A stretch of DNA of 64,000 nucleotides, taken from assembly GCF_006345805.1 (NCBI RefSeq), contig NC_043011.1, positions 58,726,464-58,790,463 of the forward strand, given 5' to 3'. Source of the stretch: Octopus sinensis. Taxonomy: Eukaryota. Below the pieces are notes generated by a model. That model did not search any database. It saw nothing but the letters and a program-made list of their open reading frames with translations, and was not told where the DNA came from. Positions 52,602-64,000 of this stretch are shown here, piece after piece (position 1 is the stretch's first letter; every line of letters starts with the position of its first letter). The translations under genes and the position numbers were made by a program.

Positions 52602-54559
52602 AACCGAGAAGAATTATCAGAGAATTGCGAGAAACATATCGGTGAATGTGAACTAGTCCACCCTGGACCGGCACAAGTTACTTTTATAGAAGGTGTCAAT
52701 AATGAATATTGCATTATTAGAAACTCTAATATGTTTACACCAAGTGCTATTTTTGGATATTTTTCCGACTGGCAAAGAGACAATGATGTATTATTTCACT
52801 TGTTAACTGAACATGTTGTACGGTAACAATTACCAGTCATCGATAATGATCACCCTTTATTACGATGAATGCTCACAACTGGGAACACTGATGTTATCGA
52901 TCATGTTTCCTACAAGTGAAACCTACTTGTGTTAAGAAACAAAGCACACATCCAATTTCCTGCTTCGCATGCCTCTTCCACTTCTTACTTATATAGGAAG
53001 CTGATTCCAGTCAGAAGCAATTTCCTGCGTCACATGCGTCCTTCATATTCTGATACGTAGAAAGATTCTATTTATGAAAATAACTTTGTGTTGACCACGC
53101 ATTTATTGCAATCCAAACCGTCTGAGAAGAAGGTTTTTAGATATCACAGCAATATGGTTTATGATGTGGCCAGAAATTTCGTTCTGATTTTAAGCGAAAA
53201 TAAGACACAGATTTTAAATATAAATTGATTTATTAATCCAATGGTTTAATATTCGTTTCATCCCAGTATCTACTACCATCCTGTAGGTACATCCATCATT
53301 CCCTGTTCAAAACAAATTGCTCTCTCTACGAGCAGAAAACTCTTACAGGTGAATTTTTACATCCTTCGGTTTTTTAAAGCGACAATGGGACACAAGTTTT
53401 AAACATAAAACGACGTATTCACTTAATAATATAATCGTCGCTTTGTTCCAATTGAAGATCTTCCCATAAAACGTATTTTCTCAAAACCGAAACAGGAGAA
53501 AATCTCGAGGCATAATTTAGGGCGTATATGGGTGATACGGCAAAACTAAATCAAGAGCTAGTAACCTGTGAGCATCTACAAAGAGGTATGTCGCCTGGCA
53601 TGTCTGTGATGAAGGACATTGCTTTTATAATTAGCAAATTCCTCGGAATTCTAGTGGAGCGACGCATGTAATTTGTTTGGTTGGTCACAGAAAGATTGTC
53701 TTTCCCGTGGAAAGAAGCTCAGAAAAAAACGAACGTTTCCAATCTCACAAAATTGGAGTTAGTTTATGTTGGATCACTGCATTTTGAAATTCTTTATGGT
53801 CGCTCACCGCTCTTACATTATGATCGTTTCCGCTTTACATTGACAATGTATCGACGGTACGTTTTTCCTCTCCTGTTATCATTCTCTTTAAAAGAATGGA
53901 TTTCGTCATTTTCGAAAACCGTTCGGTGAGGTTTGCCTAATGGAATTTGTGTGAAACTCAAACATCGACTCTGGTGAAGTAACCAATTTGATTCTGATAG
54001 TTTTCAAAAATAGATTTTGATATTTGGGTAATATTTCCGATCACTCTGGTCGTATGGCGGGTGTTAGAACCGACGAATCCCCTAATTTTGTCTCTTTTAA
54101 TTTCAGTTGCCTAGTCTTCAAACAAAAATGTTCCCAACTGAAATCTTGAAACGCCTTTCATGCAAACATGCTCCGAAACAGATTCTCCTCTGTGCAATGC
54201 ATATTTTCCTGCTAATTTTAGCCACTTTTCATGCCTTTTGAAAAATAAACTTATGCGGCGATTTTGCGTTAGCTTTGGCTTTCCATTTTCCCGAGTACAC
54301 AATATACAATCAGTGTCATTGCAGTCGAACTACGGTAAAATATCAAGTATCGAAAGACTAATTGTGTACAAGGTAGAAACTGAAACCAGCTACTTATAAG
54401 ATTGCTTGAAGTTTAGTATCAACGAAAACCGAACGGAATTGTTAGCCAACCCATTACTTAGAACGTGATTTTAACATTTCTACTCCATGGTTCCCAGGAA
54501 ATATAATTGCTGCTTCCTTTTCGTTAGTAGCTTTGTCAGAAACAGAGGAGTAATTATAT

Positions 54560-54860
54560 AAATCACGATCATTTTAGCAGGACCTTTAACGCTGCTGTGA
54601 GGGCGAGAGAAAGTTACCCACAGTCCAGAATGCTAAATGAACGCAATTATCGGTCCGATGGATTACATTCCCTGAGCAAAATGGCAAACGTCCCTGAAGA
54701 ATATCATTATTCTTCCAGCACAATGCAACTCCCGTTGTTTCAAGCAATGGGCCCACAATTGAAGTCATTTACTGGTGAAAGAGTCATCTCAACTATTCAG
54801 TAAAACCTACACCTTATTCTTGGTTCGAATTCATACATTTGTTGGAAATGTATGTTGTAT
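54560..54860 (+). pseudogene. Highly decayed mariner catalytic-domain fragment
   Basis: One frame reads LFFQHNATP...HLNYSVKPTPYSWFEFIHL, resembling HDNA...YSPDLAPSDFHLF. Confidence 0.45.
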
Positions 54861-55747
54861 GAATAAGACAATTAAAATGATCTGTGGATTTCTCGCCGTT
54901 TATACATTGTCTTAACAATGAGCCTCAGCGCAAAAGTTGCGCTGGATAAGTCCATATTAGACTTCAAATCATGTTCTCTCATGTTCAGAGTTTCATAGTT
55001 AAGTATGATTATGATGTCTATACCATTTGTGGGTACATCTGTACTGGATAGAAAAATCATTGAAGCTCTGATCTGAAGACATTGTTCTATGTTGTTATAG
55101 AAAGGTGAATTTTAAAAATAGAAATTTATGCGTAGACAGAAAAAAAAGAAAACAATATGTTAATAATGATATGTCTGAAGATGACATGCATATAAAACAG
55201 TTCACCAGTCACAATATATAACCTATAAAATAACCAGTAGCTTTTATGCCAATTAAAATCAAAATCAATGCTCACCAACATCTCACAGACCAAGGTTGTA
55301 TCAAACCTACAAGCTATTGCTTATATTGACAGAATATATTATCATTTGTTACGTATTACGTCAAGTGTTCTGAAAAAAGAATTATAGATTGCTTTCCGAT
55401 CAATAGATTGTCTATGGTCAAGGCCTTTGGCTCTTGCTGTGTTAGTAAAGCGAACTGTAAATGGAAGATATTAAAGAGAAAAAGCGATGTATATCTTGTA
55501 TTTCACAGTTAGATGTTTTGTCCTATAGTTTAGGAAATATTTTCTGTATACATTAACCAAACATATAAACAGCCAAGCCAAAAGTCCAACGTTGTTCTTA
55601 GATCTATGCTCTGCTTCCGATTTGGGTTCCATATGTTTACCTTTGAGCAAATTTTGTCAAAATTCTCCCGCACAAACCGATTACCTTACCTTGTACAATA
55701 ATGGCGTATATTCCTCATAGGTATTCTCAACGTAGGAAGTTTTAGCA

Positions 55748-56295
55748 ACATCATCATCATTGTTCGACCGTGGTCGAGACAATGGAATTTGCCATGATAC
55801 GCCAGACTTCACGGTCCATCATAGCATTACGGAGGTCCTGTTGCTGGATGCCTGTATCCCTGGAGATTACACCAGGGTAGGAGAGTGTTCGCCCTCTGTT
55901 ATCGCGAGTTGATGGCTTCCAGAGGAGAAGAGTAGAAATTGCCTCGTTTTCAGCTCTACAACAATGTCCAGCAAACTGGACTCTCCTACCTTTCACAAGA
56001 GATGTTACAGGTGGTAGTTTCCCATATATTTGTACTTTGGTTGGATGATGCTTCCATGAGAGATTTTGAGCTCTCATAAGGAGGCGAGTGTAAGTTCCAT
56101 CTAACTGCCTCTCAAGCTTCTTTGATAACGTCCAGGTTTCTGAGCCATATAGTAGAATTGGTTCGACTGTGGCTTTGAAGATTTTAAGTTTGAAATCTCT
56201 ACTTAAATTTGATGACCAGATCTTATGCATGTCATTACAGGCTGACCAGGCCATATCCTTTCTAGTTAGAAAATCCTTTGGAGATGATGACCCTG
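55748..56295 (-). pseudogene. Young 5'-truncated RTE-group LINE with (GAT)n tail
   Basis: Uninterrupted 165-aa frame AWSACNDMHKIW...ILLYGSETWTL...RRVQFAGHC...MMDREVWR, followed by tgatgatgatg. Confidence 0.92.
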
Positions 56296-58199
56296 ATTTA
56301 GTGGATGAGGCTATTCTAATAATTTCAATGGTAGATTCTACAGTATTGGTTCCTTATCATAATATTTGAGAGTTTCTGGTAGTTCAAGCCCTACTTAAGT
56401 AGTTTAGAGTAGGTATGAGCAATCTGTTTTCAGAAGCAGAGCGCATGAAACGTGTCTCATAATCAGGTGCGCCCACCGACAACAATATTCTTGGTAATTT
56501 TCTGTTAGGATTGCCATTGAGAAAGTCAGGAATGGAACAAGTTATCCATGACTGGTTTAGAGCATGTATCGATTCAATTGATGATTTAAATTGATTTTTA
56601 AATACTGTAAATCATTCTAATTATGTACTAAAATGTATAACCAATGAACTAACAGAGTACTTACTTCTTGAATCCACATTTATTGCCATATTAAATGCTA
56701 CAAAACTCTGTCTATACTTTTCATTAGATATATATTTATGAAGTACATTTCATACAGAATTAATATTTTGGAATATTCTGAAGAACTCATACGGATAGTT
56801 TAATATGGGACAATTATATGAAGAACCCATTGTAATCTGTATATCTGTATTTCATATGCAACAATAGGTTCCTGCATAATGACAGGGTGATTTGATTTCA
56901 CTACCATTCTAGGAGTGTCATGGTCTCCTTATGATACGTATTTAATTTGTGGCTATATTTATATCGACTTTAATAGTTTCTACTGCTTTCATTTGATCTA
57001 AATATTAAATGTTACATTTCAACACGATGTTTATTGAAGGTACTTTATTGTGATGCGAGATGAGACTGTTCACCCGATGCTCCACACTGCAGCATTGTAA
57101 AATTAACAAATGATCGGATCATGAGTCGGTTAGATTATTCCTTGCTAGAAATATATAGTCCCGTTTAGATAAACTTACTACGAAAATACCGGATACACCG
57201 GAATTCTTAAGTAGTCATACATGATATAAAGAAAAATATACAAATTCCTTTTCTATTTTACATTTTAAAGAAAATGAATTATTCAAATTGCTCAATTACG
57301 TAATTAGAATAAACAGAATTAAACCTGAACTGATGTCTATTAAGTTTCTATATGACAAACGTCACTTAAGCTTAAATCGGCGTTCCATTACGAAAAATAC
57401 CAGCAATTAGAGATAATGACATTTTCAATGAGAAAATAGATATGAGGTCAGAGTAATGTTAATGGATGATGTTAATGCCAATAGGGAAATTGGCATTGTT
57501 GCGAAGTCAGCAAAGATAGTAATAATGAATTCCACTACACTATTTTGGTTTGATATTGACTGGTCCTGAAACTCTTGCTAACCTAATCTACATTATCTGA
57601 TTGCAGAGGAATGATGGAACGGTGTTGCCTTTGTTGCATTACTGACAGAGGAAGGCAGTTTAATTGGACTCCAGTAAAAAGGAGAGAAATCGCTTTCTAT
57701 GATATAAATGATCAATCTAAGCTAAGAGGAAGAAAGGCAATTATATAGATGTTTAAATATTTCTTCGGAGGCAGAAGCATGGCAGATCATTATCAGCAAC
57801 GGAAAAATCAACCTCGTTTCCCTTTTTACTAATAATACAGTCATTCTTTTCAACCTACATATATGTACCATTGATGGGAATGAAATGAACTTAAAGATAA
57901 GATGTTATTGCAGCTATTATTGTTGTTGTGTCTCGCAGCAGAATGCAAATTTAAGAGAGCAAAATATGGCATATGTTTAAATTGTAAAATACAATTTTAT
58001 GGTTCACACATACTGGCACATGTACTAATAGATCAAAATCTACGAAGAGCCCTCAACGTGGTCATTAGAATTACTAGAAATAGCCGCCAAAGCACACTTT
58101 CAAGCGAGCTTTAGTGATTTAAGCATGGGAAGGATAGCATATTCCAATATACATATGTCAGAATAAAGCTCCAGATGGCCACTGCTAGAACGATATTGC

Positions 58200-58295
58200 T
58201 CATAGGTCTTATCGAACGGGGGTTAATAAAATAAGTACCAGCTGAGCAATGGGGTCGATACCATCGACTTAGACCCTCCTTCAAAATTTGAAACC
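58200..58295 (+). mobile_element. Degenerate SINE family A fragment
   Basis: aataagtaccagctgagcaatggggtcgataccatcgact resembles the body of family A. Confidence 0.55.
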
Positions 58296-58602
58296 AGCAT
58301 TTCGTTATTTGCCACGATCGGGCGATCGACCAGCGAAAATGAGTCAACGTTGTTCACTGTATTTTACTATTGATTTCTATAATTTGTTCAGAGTTCCGTT
58401 CGTAGGTTCTTCTTATTGATAAAACACATCTAGCTTGAAACATCGATTTCTGGAAATCCTGAGAGATGGCGACACTTAATAGCGTGTTTTCAAACCTTTT
58501 TACAATAAGAAAAATATTTTCTCTACGGTAACCGTTATGAATTTGCCTTTTAGCAGTTGAAATATGTGATGTACGTATTTTAACTAACCTATATTTTGCA
58601 CA

Positions 58603-58805
58603 TCTATTATATAAAATCCGTTCTGTATGTCTGTCTGTCTGTCTCTCTGTCTGTCAGTGTGTCTTCTAGGATCTCGGGCATCCTCCATCCGATTGCGCTC
58701 AAATTTGATGTGTAGATACCGACGGTATCAGGGCGTGTATTAGTCTTGGAAAAATTACAAAATTTGATTCCAGGTGATAATGCAATCGATAAAGCCGTGG
58801 AAACG
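58603..58805 (+). mobile_element. Helitron/Helentron-type non-autonomous element, 5' part
   Basis: A|TCTATTATATAAAA start, (GTCT)n tract and ccgattgcgctcaaatttg. No 3' hairpin-CTAG end found. Confidence 0.55.
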
Positions 58806-59160
58806 TGCATTTATACGCGCAAGTATATCTTTATTTTTACCTTTGCTGGTATTTCAAATTTAGGTTAATTCAGTGTTTCTCAAAATGGGACGGTCGGACA
58901 AGTTGTTTTGAGAAAATTTGGTTTAAATGTTTGACAACTCAGTACCGTCCATTGGACGGGGGTGGGGGGGGGGTTTGCTCGTATAAATATATAATGAGTA
59001 CACTCGATCAGAATGACAGAAGTTGGGACTAACATAAAAGCCTATTTAGTTATGTCGACAAATTTCGAAACATTTTATATCGGATAGTCTTGAATATTCT
59101 GAATCTTTAAGAAAACTATTTTGTCTGGAAGCGAATAATATAAGAAATATTTACACCAAG

Positions 59161-59375
59161 AAGACGGCGAGCTGGCAGAACCATTAGCGCCTCGGGCGAA
59201 TTGCTTAGCGGTATTTCGTCTGCCGTTACGTCCTGAGTTCAAATTCCGCCGAGGTCGACTTTACCTTTCATCATTTCGGGGTCGATAAATCAAGTACCAG
59301 TTGAGTATTAGATCGATCTAATCGACTGCCCCCCCGTCCCCATAAATTTTTGGCCTTGTTCCTAGAATAGAAAAT
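59161..59375 (+). mobile_element. SINE family A (tail type 2), full length with TSD
   Basis: Same head and body but ends ...ggccttgttcctagaatagaaaat. 15-bp TSD aatatttac(a/g)ccaag at 59146-59160 and 59376-59390. Confidence 0.9.
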
Positions 59376-61507
59376 AATATTTACGCCAAGGCTTAGCATA
59401 TTCGCGTACCACAAGTTCGTGTTGCCAGAAACCACGATGCATAAAAGTGTTTCTCAAGTGCTTCTGCTGCTACCACCATGATCTCTGTCACTAAAACTGA
59501 TTGGTCTCATACCAAATCTATTTCCAAATCGCAGACTCCTATTCCCAGTCAACCATATCGTAGCCATCGCTCTATATGCCTGAATGCTTAACTCAATCCT
59601 TACGTCCCAGCACGTCGCACATCCACGTTCACCTGTCTGCGATGTCTCTTTTGAAATACGACTCACCATTTCAAGAAAACGTTAACCTCACAGATTTCAC
59701 TGATCTGCAAACGTCCGCAGAGGCTATGTGCGTAATGAGGTCCAAACTCAACAAACATAGGTTAATACACTAATTAATGAGCAATTAAAATATGCATACA
59801 TTATAAATGGAAATATAAAAATCACCGTCAGTTGATGAAGTGCATTTCTTTCCCTGAAAGAATATCGATGCCGGATCGCCTGATATGTCAACTTAGAACG
59901 TAAAGGGAAAAAAAATATTAAAGGAAATACATTCATGCGTTTAATGAGTTACTGTCTTCCATGATTTTCGTAAAACTGTTTTATAAGACTATCATTTTAA
60001 TTACTCAATGATTGAAGACTAAACCGATCTAATGTAGATTCTAAAATCTCCGGCAAATGCAGATTATAATATGAGCTATTTTTGTTAACTACTCTCCAAG
60101 GTGGGTGTTTAAGAAGAACAAAATAAATAGAAAAACAATGATTAATAATGTTATACTGCTTTATTTGTATGTAAACAGAAAAATAATAAAGCTGGCAAAA
60201 GCCTGAAGCAACAGGATGACAGTTAATCTATGATGCGGACACTTTGGTAAAATGCGGTTGAGGAAATAAAATCGAAACCAAATCCATTTAATCATACACT
60301 AGAGATCATGCAGGAAAAACACAATCCGATTAAGTTGTATAAGTATATGATAAGTAAGCAAGCGTAGCAATAAAATTATAAACACAACTTTCATGAACAT
60401 CCCGAGCAACAACGGAAACATCAGAGGAGACATTTGAAGAGGTATGTAATAATGACAATAGCAACGACAACAACTGGAATAATGTTGAATATAAAAAAAG
60501 GAAACGGGATTTTTTTTTTTTGTTGTACAAGAATTGTGATAATAACATGAAAAAAGGAAATAGCAGAAACCCATAACAGGAACCATAATAAAAGCTACAT
60601 GAAATATAACACAATAATAACATGTGTAACTAATGTATAGCACAAACAATAAATGATAAGAAAAGAAAACTCTTTTAAGCTGTTTGTAATTATGGAATGG
60701 AGACCCTCTACACACACACACACACACACACATACACACACACACACACAACACACACACACACACACACTCGGCAAACCAGAATTACCAACAAAAAAAA
60801 AAGAAGAAAATGGTAAAAGGACAGCATTAGAATTTGTATGGAAGTAGTCGTTTCACCTCTCGATTAATGTATATAAGTGGGAAATCGATTTCCTTTGAAC
60901 ATGCACAAAGCGCAGGATTGTTCGTAAGAAATAGATATTGTGTGTTTAATCGACCCTAGAAATTATTTATTCTTATACATAAGAAAAAGAAAGGCTGACT
61001 ATCGTAATACTGGAATTCAAAATATTGAGCTAACGAACGAGACTTTATCTTTCCCATGATGCCATCGCACTCACCTTTCCATGAAGAAAGTTATCGTTTC
61101 CCCACACTGGAATCGTAATTGGTGGGGACATATCATTAGTTGATCATTATCCGAAGGGGTTAGGGTTGTGTCAAGATTTTCCTCGATGGAAAGTCGTTGA
61201 TAAAACAAACTTAAATAAACAAATGTAAGTTTACAATGTTTATAATCGATAAGCTTCCTCATCAGAATGTTTGATTATAGCAAATACGGTTTCCTTTTAA
61301 AATTCAAACACTCACAATTTGTTTGCTCAATGCAATCAATCGTAAAGGCAAATGCCTTTTGCTGTTTATTAATATGAAGAAATTGAAGAAAGACATGGCT
61401 CTGAGACACCAGCAGAGCGTTTCATCCGACATAACGATCGTTGAATAACATAAGTTGTCGAATCATTGCCCCATAATAATGTACCAATACAGCATATTGT
61501 AGATATC

Positions 61508-61665
61508 ACCACAGGTGTGGCTGTGTTTTAAGATTGCTTCCCAATCGCGTGTTTCCGGGTTCAGTCCCACTGCGTGGCACCTTGGGCAGGAGTCTTCTAC
61601 TATAGCCTCCGGCCCACCAGAGCCTTCTGAGTGTATTTGGTAGATGGAAACTGAAAGCAGCCCGT

Positions 61666-61722
<57 letters not shown>

Positions 61723-61955
61723 GTATGTGTGTGTGTCTGCGTGTGTGCGTGCATGGATATGTGTATATATGCATATATATATATGTTTGTGTGCCTGTGT
61801 TTGTTCTTCCACCATCGCTTGACAACCGATCTTGGTGTGTAACTTTGCAGTTGGGCAAAAGAAACCGATAGAATAAATATTCGGCTTACAAAGAATAAGT
61901 TCTGGGGTCGATTTCTTCGTCTAAATGCGGTTCTCCAGACTGAAACAAATAACAG
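61508..61955 (+). mobile_element. SINE family B copy with expanded internal (TA)n/(TG)n
   Basis: Same head, body and tail as 10890-11313. Microsatellite at about 61668-61790. Confidence 0.85.
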
Positions 61956-62516
61956 AATGTAAACGATAGACATTTTGAATTCAAACACGCGATATTTCTT
62001 AGATCCGTGGAATTTAGGAATCATATTCGCGGAACATATTTCGTTTTGACCCGAAACAATAAATGCACAGTATATGCAAAGACACTTAATATCGTCACAA
62101 GCATCAATACTCTCTTAGCCAGCACTTTTAAAACCACTCATTCTTTCACAGATGGTACCATCTGTTATTAAAATCTAAAGCTCCACACATAAGCTTTATT
62201 CACATGCAACTTAGACAAGTCTTTCCAAATCGATATTTCATTTATGTAAAATAGGCCATGTTTATGCTTTGTATTTTGTCAAATTCCATTACAAAATACA
62301 GATTCAGTGCAATGAATGCAAACGTCAGATCGTACTACAAATTTTCCCTCCAGTCCGGTACACATGTACGAAGCCAATTAGAACGTAGCAGACTACTTCG
62401 CATATTAGACCTCCTCATCTTGAGAGATCTCCTTGCAAATGAACATCTAAGTAGGAGTTGATGCATCTCGGAGATAGTAATTCCTTTTGAGAGACAGGAA
62501 ATGATTGGGCTTTCTA

Positions 62517-62603
62517 CAAAAGAAGTCTACGACTAAAGGTCTTCAGTAAAAGTAGTGTACGATAAAGGCCTTCAATAAAAGAAGTGTACGACTAAACGCT
62601 CAG
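62517..62603. repeat. Short minisatellite, about 30-bp unit x2.8
   Basis: aaaagaagtctacgactaaaggtcttcagt / aaaagtagtgtacgataaaggccttcaat / aaaagaagtgtacgactaaacgctcag. Confidence 0.8.
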
Positions 62604-63865
62604 ATAAGAACCCCAGGCGGTACATTTCCGCACAACTGTTGTGCACTGACACTACAAAAATATTCGTGATGGTATCTAATGATATGCAAGCCAATAAACT
62701 TTTCAGGAAAGCTGCACATAAACAAATTCAAATCTCTTGACTGAGAACGGGCCGTTTACCTTCTCAGACTACTTTGCTGCGAATAGTGTGTAATATACTC
62801 TTCTGGCATGCTGAAACTCGTATTATCTATGCACAGACTACCCAAGTTTTAATCCCTTCTTCTTATTTCGTCATCAATATTGTGTTCTCATCTGTATGTG
62901 AAAGTCTGCAAGGATTAACGTCCCTGCTTATTCATCCAGATGAAAGTAACTAAATCATAGTTGTAACGAGAGCAAAAGTTTACACAATATAACAACACGC
63001 TGAGGGCAATAGAGAAATATAGAGCCAGAGATTCTCATATCCATTCGCCTGTAATTCCATAAGTTTTATATTGGATGAATAAATAAGAAAGACAATATCA
63101 GAGCAAAATCTATAATAAAATTCTCGAAGAATCCGATGAATGTATAAGAATTTTCATATAGGATTCTTTGATCCTCAGCTATTCCGGCACAGGATTATCG
63201 ATTGAATATACAATGCTGCATTATATCATTTGGCTAAAAGAAAATCGGTATTTGTCTCTCAATATGATAATGGGTGTAATGGAGGGGAAAGAATGCGACC
63301 TTCAATTTCTGCTGGGATTTAGACTTAGCGGTCATATCTGAAATTGCAACACATTTAGAGTAAAGTATGATACACCTTGTATACCGTACCAAACCATACA
63401 CACACAGAAACACATATATGTACATATCGAAAATGGAACAACTATTTTCTTTTACACATCAAATTCTTTGATATTTCAACAATGAAACTGCAAACTACCA
63501 TTATCTTTTATTAAGGATTTCCTTAATCCTTCGATCAAAGAACTGCTAACCCCTAGTATATTTTACATTGGACACTCCATAATTCTTCGATGTTCTGGTA
63601 ACTACTAATATCCTTGATTAAAGATATTCCTTTTTATTTCTCTGTCCCGACGAAATCGGAAGATTTAGCTTAGGTGCAAATCTGCACATAAAGACATACA
63701 CTCTACAATCTGAGCTACACTAGAAACAGCTGTATCAGAATTTACATGATCCTGTGTGTACTATAAGTATCCTGTACGATGCTTGAAATATAAATTAAAT
63801 GTTCTGAAGTGAAAGCCTATTTTACTTGCGTATATATGTGTATGTATGCAATATATAATATTCGT

Positions 63866-64000
63866 TTATTTGTTTCAGTTATTTGACTGTGGCCATGCTG
63901 GAGCACCGCTTTCAGTCGAGCAAATTGACCCCCCAGGTTTTATTCGTTTTAAGCCTAGCACTTATTCTATCGGTTCTTTTACTGAATCGCTAAGTTACAA
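63866..64000 (-). mobile_element. SINE family B 3' half (runs off the window end)
   Basis: ttgtttcagttatttgactgtggccatgctggagcaccgc...cttattctatcgg. Confidence 0.8.

Noticed and set aside
54597-54803. 68-aa ORF as a host exon
   Set aside because: An overlapping frame carries mariner-like motifs, so a decayed transposase is the simpler explanation.
58954-58973. G-run as a G-quadruplex or regulatory element
   Set aside because: A single short homopolymer tract with no supporting context.
62517-62603. ~30-bp repeats as a mini CRISPR
   Set aside because: The units are contiguous with no spacers, so this is an ordinary minisatellite.

Overview
AT-rich, microsatellite-dense eukaryotic DNA, most likely intronic or intergenic sequence from a coleoid cephalopod (Octopus-like, judged from the tRNA-derived SINE families and (TA)n/(CA)n density; recalled, not searched). 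No host protein-coding gene can be called with confidence, and most ORFs in the supplied track are microsatellite artefacts. The window is a transposable-element graveyard: several tRNA-headed SINE families (some with 15-16 bp TSDs), 3' fragments of CR1/L2-group and RTE-group LINEs, five decayed mariner transposase pieces, a Penelope-like GIY-YIG remnant and a Helitron-like end. The most interesting unexplained structure is a set of minimal type-I hammerhead ribozyme (HHR) motifs in short elements next to (TA)n tracts. One has an intact catalytic core (46950-46992, +). Two different ones lie about 330 nt apart on the minus strand (49549-49611 and 49882-49926) with mutually compatible stem-III arms, and several more are decayed. 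Two unrelated copies share a non-canonical U10.1-A11.1 pair. Other observations are a four-unit SINE array under a single TSD, a 3' tail shared by a LINE and a SINE, a SINE with a built-in microsatellite slot, a large foldback, and a weak multi-exon gene candidate interrupted by an RTE insertion.
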